Origin: Flavobacteriaceae bacterium | GTDB lineage: Bacteria; Bacteroidota; Bacteroidia; Flavobacteriales; Flavobacteriaceae | Reading direction: 5' to 3' | Length of the DNA stretch: 64,000 bases | Assembly (NCBI GenBank): GCA_947461425.1 | Contig: CANHKZ010000001.1 | Span: 1,346 to 65,345, forward strand | Shown: positions 47,334 through 56,882 of the stretch, in pieces | How the letters are laid out: each line of letters begins with the position of its first letter | Position numbering within the stretch: position 1 is the first letter of the stretch | Made by a program: the position numbers and the translations under genes | The notes under the pieces: generated by a model | Databases searched by the model: none | Seen by the model: the letters and a program-made list of their open reading frames with translations, nothing else | What the model was told of the DNA's origin: nothing

Positions 47334-48782
47334 ATGAGTAAATATACTGAAGACGATTTAAAAATCGAACTCGAAAACAAGGAGTACGAATACGGATTTT
47401 ATACTGAACTCGATTCGGAAACCTTTCCCATAGGTCTAAATGAAGATATTGTACGCGCTATTTCCAAGAAAAAAGAAGAGCCGCAATGGATGACCGATTG
47501 GCGTATTGAGGCGTTTCGTGCTTGGGAACAAATGGTTGAGCCAGAATGGGCTAACGTACATTATGAAAAACCTGATTTTCAAGCCATTTCCTATTATTCA
47601 GCTCCAAAAAAGGCAGACCCCAATAAAACCTTAGACGATGTAGACCCCGAATTGTTGGCGATGTACAAAAAGTTAGGAATTTCTGTCGACGAGCAAAAAA
47701 TGATGAACAACGTGGCGATGGATATTGTAGTCGATTCTGTTTCGGTAGCGACAACTTTCAAGAAGACATTGGCTGAAAAAGGCATTATTTTCATGAGTAT
47801 TTCGGAAGCCATTCGGGAGTATCCAGATTTGGTTCAAAAACATTTAGGAACAATTGTTCCGCAAAAAGATAATTATTATGCCGCTTTAAATTCAGCAGTA
47901 TTTTCAGATGGCTCGTTCTGTTATATTCCAAAAGGAGTAAGATGCCCAATGGAATTATCAACTTATTTTCGAATCAATCAAGCGGGAACGGGACAATTTG
48001 AACGAACGCTTTTAATTGCTGACGAAGGAAGTTATGTGAGTTATTTGGAAGGATGTACGGCGCCAAGTCGAGATGAAAACCAATTGCATGCGGCTGTAGT
48101 AGAATTAATTGCGATGGAAGATGCTGAAATCAAATATTCAACCGTTCAAAACTGGTATCCTGGGAATAAGGAAGGAAAAGGCGGAGTCTATAATTTTGTG
48201 ACCAAAAGAGGTTTGTGCGAGAAAAATGCTAAAATCTCATGGACTCAAGTTGAAACAGGATCAGCGATTACTTGGAAATATCCCTCGGTAGTCTTAAAAG
48301 GAGATAATTCAGTGGGCGAATTTTATTCGATTGCCGTAACTAATAATTTCCAACAAGCTGATACAGGAACGAAGATGATTCATTTAGGGAAAAACACAAA
48401 ATCGACCATCATTTCTAAAGGAATCTCGGCAGGAAAATCCCAAAACAGTTATAGAGGTTTAGTCCAAATTAGTCCAAGAGCAGATAATGCTCGTAACTTT
48501 TCGCAATGCGACTCATTGTTGATGGGAAATAGTTGTGGAGCGCATACTTTTCCGTACATCGAAAGTAAAAACCCTACGGCTAAAATAGAACACGAAGCAA
48601 CAACAAGTAAAATTGGCGAAGACCAAGTGTTTTATTGCAATCAGCGTGGCATTCCAACTGAGAAAGCCATTGCCTTAATCGTCAACGGATTTAGTAAAGA
48701 CGTTTTGAATAAGTTGCCAATGGAGTTTGCTGTTGAAGCACAAAAATTATTAGAAATTTCACTTGAAGGAAGTGTAGGGTAA
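47334..48782 (+). CDS. sufB: Fe-S cluster assembly protein SufB
   Basis: [27 protein letters not shown] and HEATTSKI motifs. Confidence 0.97.
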   Translation: MSKYTEDDLKIELENKEYEYGFYTELDSETFPIGLNEDIVRAISKKKEEPQWMTDWRIEAFRAWEQMVEPEWANVHYEKPDFQAISYYSAPKKADPNKTLDDVDPELLAMYKKLGISVDEQKMMNNVAMDIVVDSVSVATTFKKTLAEKGIIFMSISEAIREYPDLVQKHLGTIVPQKDNYYAALNSAVFSDGSFCYIPKGVRCPMELSTYFRINQAGTGQFERTLLIADEGSYVSYLEGCTAPSRDENQLHAAVVELIAMEDAEIKYSTVQNWYPGNKEGKGGVYNFVTKRGLCEKNAKISWTQVETGSAITWKYPSVVLKGDNSVGEFYSIAVTNNFQQADTGTKMIHLGKNTKSTIISKGISAGKSQNSYRGLVQISPRADNARNFSQCDSLLMGNSCGAHTFPYIESKNPTAKIEHEATTSKIGEDQVFYCNQRGIPTEKAIALIVNGFSKDVLNKLPMEFAVEAQKLLEISLEGSVG

Positions 48783-48827
48783 TTGATATAAATCTTAATA
48801 CCGAACGGTTTAAAATAAAAGAATAAA

Positions 48828-49577
48828 ATGTTAAAAATTAGTAATTTACACGCCAATATTGGTGACAAAGAAATATTAAAAGGAATCGACCTTAAAGTTA
48901 AAGCGGGAGAAGTTCATGCTATTATGGGACCCAATGGTGCCGGAAAAAGTACGCTGGCATCTATTATTGCAGGAAACGAAAACTATGAAGTGACCGAAGG
49001 ACAAATCTTTTTGGAAAACAATGACATTTCTGAATTGGCTCCAGAAGAAAGAGCACACAAAGGGGTGTTTTTGTCGTTTCAATATCCAATAGAAATCCCA
49101 GGAGTCTCGGTGACGAATTTCATCAAAACGGCGATTAACGAAAAACGCAAAGCCAATGGTCAAGAAGAAATGCCGGCAAATGAAATGCTGAAATTGATTC
49201 GTGAAAAATCAGAATTATTAGAAATGGACAGAAAGTTCTTGTCCCGTTCTTTAAACGAAGGTTTTTCTGGTGGAGAAAAGAAACGTAACGAGATTTTTCA
49301 AATGGCTATGTTAGAACCTAAAATTGCTATTTTGGACGAAACGGATTCCGGTTTGGATATCGATGCGTTACGAATTGTAGCCAACGGTGTTAATAAATTA
49401 AAAAACGAAAACAATGCAGTTGTAGTGATTACCCACTACCAAAGACTGTTAGACTATATTGTTCCTGACTTTGTTCACGTTTTAATGGACGGAAAGATCG
49501 TAAAATCTGGCACTGCAGCTTTGGCTTTGGAACTAGAAGAAAAAGGGTACGACTGGATTAAGGAAGAGTTGGTTTAA
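48828..49577 (+). CDS. sufC: Fe-S cluster assembly ATPase SufC
   Basis: GPNGAGKST, FSGGEKKR and LDETDSGLD motifs. Confidence 0.97.
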   Translation: MLKISNLHANIGDKEILKGIDLKVKAGEVHAIMGPNGAGKSTLASIIAGNENYEVTEGQIFLENNDISELAPEERAHKGVFLSFQYPIEIPGVSVTNFIKTAINEKRKANGQEEMPANEMLKLIREKSELLEMDRKFLSRSLNEGFSGGEKKRNEIFQMAMLEPKIAILDETDSGLDIDALRIVANGVNKLKNENNAVVVITHYQRLLDYIVPDFVHVLMDGKIVKSGTAALALELEEKGYDWIKEELV

Positions 49578-49580
49578 AAT

Positions 49581-49638
49581 GTTCTCCGTTTTCTGTTTTC
49601 CGTTTTGAACGGACAACCAATAACGGACAACCGATAAC
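49581..49638. repeat. inverted heptamer microrepeat arrays
   Basis: gttctcc gttttct gttttcc, then gaacgga caaccaa taacgga caaccga. Confidence 0.6.
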
Positions 49639-49646
49639 TTTAAAAA

Positions 49647-50963
49647 ATGGAATTAAAAGAAAAATTACTATCGTCTTTTATGGCTTTTGAAGAAGGAGTA
49701 GATGTTCAAACGGAACTTCACGACCTTCGCACTCTGGCTTTAAAGAACTTTGAACATAAAGGGTTTCCAACTAAGAAGGACGAAGCTTGGAAATACACCT
49801 CACTGAATGCAATTCTGAAAAATGATTTTAGTGTATTCCCAAAAAATGAAACTACAATTGAGTTTAAGGATGTAAAAAAATATTTTTTACACGAAATTGA
49901 CACGCACAAAGTAGTCTTTATTGACGGCGTTTTTGCTTCTAATTTGTCATCGACTACCCATGACGGGATAGATGTTTGTTTAATGTCTTCGGCATTGACC
50001 AAACCTAAATACAAAATGGTAATCGACACTTATTTTAACCAAATTGCAAATAAAGACGAATCGTTGACTTCTTTGAATACAGCTTTTGCCAATGAAGGAG
50101 CCTATATCAACATTCCAAAAAGCAAAGTCGCAGACAAACCGATTGAGATTATGTATTTCTCCACGGGTTCAGAAGCAGCTCTTTTGGTACAGCCAAGAAA
50201 TTTGGTTATTGTTGGGGAAAATTCACATGTTCAAATCATTGAAAGACACCAATGTTTGAATGAAAATCCGGTTTTGACGAATTCAGTAACTGAGATTTTT
50301 GCACAAAAAAGAGCCATTGTCGATTATTATAAAATTCAAAACGACGAGATAGAAGCGAATCTGATCGACAATACCTATGTTTCCCAAAAACAAGAAAGTC
50401 ACGTTTCAGTTCAGACCTTTTCTTTTGGAGGAAATTTGATTAGAAACAACTTAAATTTCTATCATTTTGGAGAACGTTTGACAAGTACTTTGAACGGAAT
50501 TACTATCATTGGGGATAAACAACATGTTGATCATTATACTTTAGTACACCATGCAGCTCCAAACTGTGAAAGTTTTCAAGATTATAAAGGCATTTTTTCT
50601 GACCGATCAACAGGGGTTTTCAATGGTAAAATTTTTGTAGAAAAAGAAGCACAAAAAACGAACGCTTTCCAAAAAAGTAATAACATTTTGTTAAGCGATA
50701 AAGCCACAATTAATGCAAAGCCACAATTGGAAATTTTTGCTGATGATGTAAAATGTTCTCACGGATGTACGGTAGGACAACTAGACGAAACGGCTTTGTT
50801 TTATATGCAACAACGCGGAATCCCAAAGAAAGAAGCCAAAGCATTATTGATGTATGCTTTTTCAAATGCGGTTATTGAAAGCATTAAAATTCCAGAATTA
50901 AAAAAACGAATTACCACGATTATTGCCAATAAATTGGGCGTAAAGTTGGGTTTTGATTTGTAG
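49647..50963 (+). CDS. sufD: Fe-S cluster assembly protein SufD
   Basis: EAWKYT, VFNGKI and PQLEIFADDVKCSHG motifs. Confidence 0.96.
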   Translation: MELKEKLLSSFMAFEEGVDVQTELHDLRTLALKNFEHKGFPTKKDEAWKYTSLNAILKNDFSVFPKNETTIEFKDVKKYFLHEIDTHKVVFIDGVFASNLSSTTHDGIDVCLMSSALTKPKYKMVIDTYFNQIANKDESLTSLNTAFANEGAYINIPKSKVADKPIEIMYFSTGSEAALLVQPRNLVIVGENSHVQIIERHQCLNENPVLTNSVTEIFAQKRAIVDYYKIQNDEIEANLIDNTYVSQKQESHVSVQTFSFGGNLIRNNLNFYHFGERLTSTLNGITIIGDKQHVDHYTLVHHAAPNCESFQDYKGIFSDRSTGVFNGKIFVEKEAQKTNAFQKSNNILLSDKATINAKPQLEIFADDVKCSHGCTVGQLDETALFYMQQRGIPKKEAKALLMYAFSNAVIESIKIPELKKRITTIIANKLGVKLGFDL

Positions 50964-50978
50964 TTTTTAACCCCAGGT

Positions 50979-52367
50979 TTAAACCTGACAGGTTTTTAAA
51001 ACCTGTCGGGTTTTTTTATTTTTTCTTTTTATGCTCCCCACAATTCCGCCGAGTAACCCATTAAAATCAAATTCAGGATCTTCTTTGAGCCCCATTCGAA
51101 CAATAACTAAATCATGATTAGGAAAGACAGCAACCATTTGCCCTTGGAAACCACTGGCGAAATACATATCCTTAGGCGCGTCAGGAAAACGTCCGCTTGC
51201 ATTGAGCCAGAATTGGCCTCCGTATTGTCCGTTTGAAGTGTTGGTAGGGGTCGCAACATATTTGGCCCAACTAGGCTTAAAAAGCTGCTCTCCGTTCCAA
51301 TTTCCTTTATGTAAATACAACAATCCAAACTTTGCCCAATCGCGTGTTGTAGCCCATCCATAAGACGAACCTACATAATTGCCCGCCATGTCAGTTTCCA
51401 CCAACATCGAGTGCATCCCAATTTTATCAATCAAAGCCGAATACCAAAAATTCAGGTATTCTTGATGCGTTTTGAATTGTTTTCTCAAAATGCCAGAAAG
51501 CAAATTAGTAGTTCCAGAAGAATAATTCCAATGCGTATTGGGCTGGAATGCCAAGGGTTTTTCGAGTTGTGCACGCGTCATGTCTTCGTCTTGAAACAAC
51601 ATTTTAGTCACATCCGAAATGGCTCCGTAATCTTCATTCCATTCCAAACCAGATTTCATGTGCAATAAATCGTTAATGGTGATTTTTTTGCGTTCGTCTT
51701 TCGCCCATTCCGAAATAGGAGCCGCTTGATAAATATTGAATTTTTTTTGTTTTTCGAGAATTCCATAAAGGGTTGCAGTAATACTTTTAGTCATGGACCA
51801 ACCTAATATTTTACTGTTTTTAGTAAATCCCGTATCGTATTTCTCGGCAATAATTTTATTTTTGTAAATGACAATTACAGATCGGGTGCGTTTGTTTTTT
51901 TGTCCTTTTTGGTCAAAAGCGTTGGCTACAGTTTGGTTCAATTGATCGTAATCGATATTGGAAAAAATCGTGTCTTTTTGTTCGGCATCACCGTAAGGAT
52001 ATACTAAGTTTACTTTCGAGCGATCTCTTTTCGGAACCAAATACGGTTTCGAAACATCAAAATTATCGTTGATTAAAGTGGCACCCAATCCTTTCCGATA
52101 AATGGCTTTGCGTTCTTTTAAACCTTTGACAGAAGCGGTGGCAAATTGACCTTTTTCGTCAATTGAATTTTGTGCTAAATCGATGAGGTCAATATCGTTG
52201 TCGCCTTTTTCAATTAATTCTTGTGAACGGTCGTCAATAAAATGCCCAGAGGCAATACTTTTAGCCGAAAAACCAGAGATTAAATCGAGTTTTGGATAGG
52301 TGGTATAGCCTAAATACAGCAGCCCAATAGCCCCAGCAACACCAATAATTTTAACTATTTTTTTCAT
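50979..52367 (-). CDS. beta-lactamase-family serine hydrolase
   Basis: SxxK (WSMTKS), LLHMKSGL and WNYSSG motifs; start at MKKIV; antisense within the suf cluster. Confidence 0.88.
   Translation of the reverse strand: MKKIVKIIGVAGAIGLLYLGYTTYPKLDLISGFSAKSIASGHFIDDRSQELIEKGDNDIDLIDLAQNSIDEKGQFATASVKGLKERKAIYRKGLGATLINDNFDVSKPYLVPKRDRSKVNLVYPYGDAEQKDTIFSNIDYDQLNQTVANAFDQKGQKNKRTRSVIVIYKNKIIAEKYDTGFTKNSKILGWSMTKSITATLYGILEKQKKFNIYQAAPISEWAKDERKKITINDLLHMKSGLEWNEDYGAISDVTKMLFQDEDMTRAQLEKPLAFQPNTHWNYSSGTTNLLSGILRKQFKTHQEYLNFWYSALIDKIGMHSMLVETDMAGNYVGSSYGWATTRDWAKFGLLYLHKGNWNGEQLFKPSWAKYVATPTNTSNGQYGGQFWLNASGRFPDAPKDMYFASGFQGQMVAVFPNHDLVIVRMGLKEDPEFDFNGLLGGIVGSIKRKNKKTRQVLKTCQV
50981..51013. repeat. 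REP-like palindrome overlapping the serine hydrolase 3' end
   Basis: aaacctgacaggtttt-t-aaaacctgtcgggttt. Confidence 0.7.
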
Positions 52368-52443
52368 TTGGAGTGATTTGAAATTGATGCAATGTAAAAA
52401 AAAAACAGGAATTATTTTCAATAGAAAAACATTCGTCTATTTT

Positions 52444-52541
52444 AGCCCCGATGGGAGCGGCATCCTTTTAGGCTTTTAGCCAAAAAGATAGAGCGTACAG
52501 CGGGATTAAATGCTTGTGAAATACAAAATATGAGCTCCTAA
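52444..52541 (+). ncRNA. Flavo-1-like structured RNA/repeat
   Basis: agccccgatgggagcggcatcctttt...aaaagatagagcgtacagcggga...agctcctaa; nested stems; matches my recollection of the Flavo-1 motif, strand uncertain. Confidence 0.55.
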
Positions 52542-52582
52542 AATCAAGCCTAATTATTTTGAAAAATCAACTTCATTTTCAC

Positions 52583-52611
52583 TACTTTTGTATTTAGATA
52601 AATTCTAAATA
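52583..52611 (+). promoter_or_regulatory. sufS promoter -7 element plus perfect palindromic operator
   Basis: TACTTTTG (52583-52590) immediately followed by TATTTAGA-TAAAT-TCTAAATA (52591-52611). Confidence 0.65.
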
Positions 52612-52612
52612 A

Positions 52613-53827
52613 ATGTTTGACATTCAAAAAATAAGAGCTGATTTTCCGATACTTTCAAGACAAGTCAACGGAAAGCCTTTGGTGTATTTTGATAACGGAG
52701 CAACTACCCAAAAGCCACAAGTGGTGATTGATGCGATTGCGACCTATTATCAGGAAATCAATGCGAATATTCATCGCGGAGTACACACTTTGAGTCAATT
52801 AGCGACCGATGCTTATGAAGCCTCTCGAACTACAATCCAACACCACATCAACGCCCAATTTTCTCATGAAGTGCTTTTTACCTCTGGAACAACGCATAGT
52901 GTGAATTTGGTTGCAAATGGATTTGCTTCGATTTTAAAAGTAGGCGATGAGGTTTTGATTTCGGCTTTGGAACATCACAGTAATATTGTGCCGTGGCAAA
53001 TGTTATGCGAAAAAACAGGCGCTGTTTTGAAAGTGATTCCGATGAACCAAAAAGGCGAATTGGTTATGACTGAGTTTGACCAACTACTTTCGGATAGAAC
53101 AAAAATTGTAACGGTTAATCATATTTCGAATGCCTTGGGAACAATAAACCCAATCAAGTATATGATCGACAAAGCGCATCAATTTGGCGCTGCCGTTTTC
53201 ATTGATGGCGCTCAAGCTGTACCGCATTTGAAACCCAATGTGCAGGAACTAGATTGTGATTTTTATGCTTTTTCAGGACACAAATTGTGTGGACCAACAG
53301 GAACTGGAATTTTGTATGGAAAAGAAGTGTGGTTGAATAAACTACCACCCTATCAAGGTGGCGGCGAAATGATTAAGGAAGTGACCTTTGAAAAAACAAC
53401 CTATGCTGAATTGCCGCATAAATTTGAAGCTGGAACGCCCAACATTGCCGGCGGAATTGCGTTAGGAACGGCTGTAAATTATATGAATTCTATTGGTTTT
53501 GATAACATTCAAAAACAAGAATCGAAATTATTATCTTACGCTACAGAACAATTATTAGCCATTGAAGGACTAAAAATTTACGGGACAGCTGAAGCTAAAA
53601 CGTCGGTGATTTCATTCAATATTGACGGAATTCATCCGTATGATATAGGAACGATTGTCGACAAATTAGGGATTGCCGTTCGCACAGGACACCACTGCGC
53701 GCAACCGATTATGCAATTTTTTGACATACCGGGAACAATCCGTGCTTCGTTTGCTTTTTATAATACCAAAGAAGAAATTGACCTTATGGTCGAAGCGGTC
53801 AAGAAAGCTAAAATGATGTTGTCTTAA
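52613..53827 (+). CDS. sufS: SufS cysteine desulfurase
   Basis: YFDNGATTQKP, FSGHK (PLP lysine) and RTGHHCAQP motifs. Confidence 0.96.
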   Translation: MFDIQKIRADFPILSRQVNGKPLVYFDNGATTQKPQVVIDAIATYYQEINANIHRGVHTLSQLATDAYEASRTTIQHHINAQFSHEVLFTSGTTHSVNLVANGFASILKVGDEVLISALEHHSNIVPWQMLCEKTGAVLKVIPMNQKGELVMTEFDQLLSDRTKIVTVNHISNALGTINPIKYMIDKAHQFGAAVFIDGAQAVPHLKPNVQELDCDFYAFSGHKLCGPTGTGILYGKEVWLNKLPPYQGGGEMIKEVTFEKTTYAELPHKFEAGTPNIAGGIALGTAVNYMNSIGFDNIQKQESKLLSYATEQLLAIEGLKIYGTAEAKTSVISFNIDGIHPYDIGTIVDKLGIAVRTGHHCAQPIMQFFDIPGTIRASFAFYNTKEEIDLMVEAVKKAKMMLS

Positions 53828-53838
53828 AAACAACTACT

Positions 53839-54267
53839 ATGAAAAAGAGCTTGATCTTATTTTTGATTATTTTTGTTTTTACAGGATGTGCTGGGCAGAA
53901 AAAAGGAACGGAAAGTTCGCTAAAAATAGAATATAAAGCCCATTCAAGAGGATTTTATCAAATGATTTTGATTGAAAGCCAAGTGGTTTATGTGACAAAA
54001 AGAAGACAGGACAAACCCAATGTATTTCAACTTTCAGCGGCTGATTGGAATAGTTTGAAGACAACAGTTTTAAAGTTGGATTTGGAATCCTTACCCAATA
54101 TTAAGGCGCCAACCGAAAAACGATTTTTTGACGGCGCGGCGATTGCCAGTTTAAAAATAATTCAAGGAGGAAAAGTATACGAGTCTCAAAGTTTCGATCA
54201 TGGATTTCCTCCAACAGAAATAAAAAAATTAGTTGATAAAATAAATACATTTACTAAAACTCAATAA
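53839..54267 (+). CDS. hypothetical lipoprotein in the suf operon
   Basis: Lipobox FTGC; APTEKRFFDGA and FDHGFPP motifs; stop overlaps the sufE start. Confidence 0.75.
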   Translation: MKKSLILFLIIFVFTGCAGQKKGTESSLKIEYKAHSRGFYQMILIESQVVYVTKRRQDKPNVFQLSAADWNSLKTTVLKLDLESLPNIKAPTEKRFFDGAAIASLKIIQGGKVYESQSFDHGFPPTEIKKLVDKINTFTKTQ

Positions 54268-54686
54268 TGACAATACGAGCCATACAAAACGATATAATTG
54301 AGGAATTCTCTATGTTCGATGACTGGATGCAGCGATACGAATATATCATCGAACTGGGTAAAAACTTACCCTTGATCAAAGAAGAGTTCAAAACGGAAGA
54401 GAACATTATCAAAGGTTGCCAATCCAAAGTGTGGTTGCAAGGCGAACAAAAAGAAGACAGTGTTGTTTTTACAGCGGATAGTGACGCAATATTGACAAAA
54501 GGAATTATTGCTATTTTGATACGGGTTTTTTCCAATCAAAAACCAGCGGATATCTTGGAAGCCGATATGGATTTTATAGACGCTATTGGATTAAAAGAGC
54601 ATTTGTCACCTACTCGCGCTAACGGACTCGTTTCAATGATAAAAAATATAAAAATGTATGCCTTGGCATTCCATTCAAAAAACTAA
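54267..54686 (+). CDS. sufE: SufE sulfur acceptor
   Basis: GCQSKVW, DSDA and LSPTRANG motifs. Confidence 0.95.
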   Translation: MTIRAIQNDIIEEFSMFDDWMQRYEYIIELGKNLPLIKEEFKTEENIIKGCQSKVWLQGEQKEDSVVFTADSDAILTKGIIAILIRVFSNQKPADILEADMDFIDAIGLKEHLSPTRANGLVSMIKNIKMYALAFHSKN

Positions 54687-54691
54687 TAATT

Positions 54692-55015
54692 ATGACACAA
54701 GAAATAGACACTAACGAATTAGGGGAAGCGATTGTAAAAAAGTTAAAAACGATTTATGATCCAGAAATCCCTGTTGATATTTACGAACTTGGCTTGATTT
54801 ACGATGTGATGGTTAATACTGACTACGAAGTAAAAATCTTAATGACTTTGACATCTCCTAACTGTCCTGTGGCAGAAAGTTTACCAAGAGAAGTGGAAGA
54901 AAAAGTGAAGTCAATTGAAAACGTTAAATCGGCTGATGTAGAGATTACGTTTGATCCACCTTGGAGTAAAGATTTGATGAGTGAAGAAGCCAAATTAGAG
55001 TTGGGAATGCTTTAG
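54692..55015 (+). CDS. sufT: DUF59/SufT Fe-S assembly protein
   Basis: DPEIPVDIYELGLIY, TLTSPNCP and FDPPW motifs. Confidence 0.9.
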   Translation: MTQEIDTNELGEAIVKKLKTIYDPEIPVDIYELGLIYDVMVNTDYEVKILMTLTSPNCPVAESLPREVEEKVKSIENVKSADVEITFDPPWSKDLMSEEAKLELGML

Positions 55016-55055
55016 TAAAAGAGTGTTCAGTTAAAGACGAATCAATAAATTAATC

Positions 55056-55562
55056 ATGGAAGAAATAGTAAACAAAGTAGCCCAGAGTTCCTTGATAGTT
55101 TTCGATTTAGAAGATTACTATCCAGATGGTCATGTGGTAGATTTAGATGTTTCGCAGTGGTTGACGGAAGGGTTTATCCTGATAGAAGCCGATTTTAGGG
55201 CGCAATTAAAAGAAATGGATTTTTCTTTATTTCAAGATAAATATGTGGCTTTATATTGTTCTACCGAAGCTATTTTACCCGCTTGGACTTTTGCCTTGGT
55301 AGCGGCTCATCTAGCCCCATTTGCTTTGAAAATTATACATGGAACAAAAGAAACGGCTATTATTGAGTGGTACCAAGACATTTTGAACAAATTAGATTAT
55401 ACCGAATTCTTTGATAATCCCGTTATTTTGAAAGGATGTTCTAAAAAAGCGGTTCCAAATCAAGTGTATACATTGGCAATTCAAAAATTAATTAAAGTGT
55501 CAAAAAGCGTAATGTTTGGCGAGGCTTGTTCGGCAGTGCCCTTGTATAAGGCAAAAAAATAA
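55056..55562 (+). CDS. DUF2480 family protein
   Basis: EIVNKVAQS, CSTEAILPAW and MFGEACSAVP motifs. Confidence 0.8.
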   Translation: MEEIVNKVAQSSLIVFDLEDYYPDGHVVDLDVSQWLTEGFILIEADFRAQLKEMDFSLFQDKYVALYCSTEAILPAWTFALVAAHLAPFALKIIHGTKETAIIEWYQDILNKLDYTEFFDNPVILKGCSKKAVPNQVYTLAIQKLIKVSKSVMFGEACSAVPLYKAKK

Positions 55563-55581
55563 ATTCCTAAAGCGATGCTAT

Positions 55582-55621
55582 AAACAAAGCCCTTTTGATT
55601 TTTCAAAAGGGATGTTTGTTT
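55582..55621. terminator. bidirectional terminator
   Basis: aaacaaa-gcccttttga...tcaaaagggatgtttgttt between convergent genes. Confidence 0.65.
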
Positions 55622-56847
55622 TATTCTTCTTTTTCAACAGCGTCTTTGTAATCGGGATACAAGAATTTGTTGTACGGAAAACGTGTAATGTGTATTTGGC
55701 GAACCGCTTCATACACTCGTTCTCTAAATTCTTCGAAGTTCTCTTTTTGGGTAGCCGAAATAAATAAAGCATTTTGCTCTCCTAATCGGTTCATCCAGGT
55801 TGATTTCCATTCGTCCAGCGTATAATGGCGAGTTGTTTTTTCTGTAATTAAATCATCTTCGTCAATGGTCAAATGTTGATAGGAATCAATTTTGTTAAAC
55901 ACCATAATCACCGGTTTATCATTAGCTTTGATGTCCATTAAAATTTGGTTTACCGCCACAATATGATCTTCAAAATCAGGATGAGAAATATCAACAATGT
56001 GTAATAGTAAATCAGCTTCACGCACCTCATCAAGAGTACTTTTGAAAGAATCCACCAGTTGCGTAGGTAATTTTCGAATAAATCCAACTGTATCAGAAAG
56101 TAAGAAAGGGAGGTTTTTAATGACCACTTTTCGAACAGTAGTGTCCAAAGTAGCAAACAATTTATTTTCTACAAAAACCTCACTTTTCCCAACGGCATTC
56201 ATCAAAGTTGATTTCCCTACATTGGTATAACCCACCAAAGCCACGCGCACCATCGCACCACGGTTGCCGCGCTGAACCCCCATTTGTTTGTCAATCGTTT
56301 TAATTTTGTCTTTCAATAACGATATTCGATCACGAACAATACGGCGGTCGGTTTCAATTTCAGTTTCTCCAGGCCCACGCATTCCAATACCTCCTTTTTG
56401 ACGTTCCAAGTGCGTCCAAAGTCCTGACAAACGGGGTAATAAATAAATACATTGTGCCAATTCTACTTGTGTTCTGGCATAGGAAGTTTCTGCTCTTTGG
56501 GCAAAAATATCTAAGATTAAATTAGTTCGGTCTAGAATTTTGCAGTCAATTATTTTCGAAATATTTTTTTGTTGTGAAGGCGTTAACTCATCATCAAAAA
56601 TAACGGTTGAAATCTCGTTTTCTTTAACATACAGATTGATTTCGTCTATTTTTCCAGTTCCCAAAAAAGTTTTAGGATTCGGTTTGTCCATTTTTTGCCA
56701 AAAACGTTTTACCACTTGTCCTCCAGCAGTAAAGGTCAAAAACTCCAATTCGTCCAAATACTCTCTTAATTTTTCCTCGGATTGGCTTTGTGTAACGATA
56801 CCTACAATAGCGGTTTTTTCGAAATTTAATACTTCTTTTTCTAGCAT
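55621..56847 (-). CDS. hflX: ribosome-splitting GTPase HflX
   Basis: GPGETEIETDRR, GYTNVGKST, DTVGF and NKID motifs. Confidence 0.96.
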   Translation of the reverse strand: MLEKEVLNFEKTAIVGIVTQSQSEEKLREYLDELEFLTFTAGGQVVKRFWQKMDKPNPKTFLGTGKIDEINLYVKENEISTVIFDDELTPSQQKNISKIIDCKILDRTNLILDIFAQRAETSYARTQVELAQCIYLLPRLSGLWTHLERQKGGIGMRGPGETEIETDRRIVRDRISLLKDKIKTIDKQMGVQRGNRGAMVRVALVGYTNVGKSTLMNAVGKSEVFVENKLFATLDTTVRKVVIKNLPFLLSDTVGFIRKLPTQLVDSFKSTLDEVREADLLLHIVDISHPDFEDHIVAVNQILMDIKANDKPVIMVFNKIDSYQHLTIDEDDLITEKTTRHYTLDEWKSTWMNRLGEQNALFISATQKENFEEFRERVYEAVRQIHITRFPYNKFLYPDYKDAVEKEE

Positions 56848-56882
56848 GATATTGAATAAGCCACAAATTTAATCATTTGCTT

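Noticed and set aside
50979-52367. Antibiotic-resistance beta-lactamase
   Set aside because: The SxxK fold is shared with many esterases and amidases; nothing supports beta-lactam specificity
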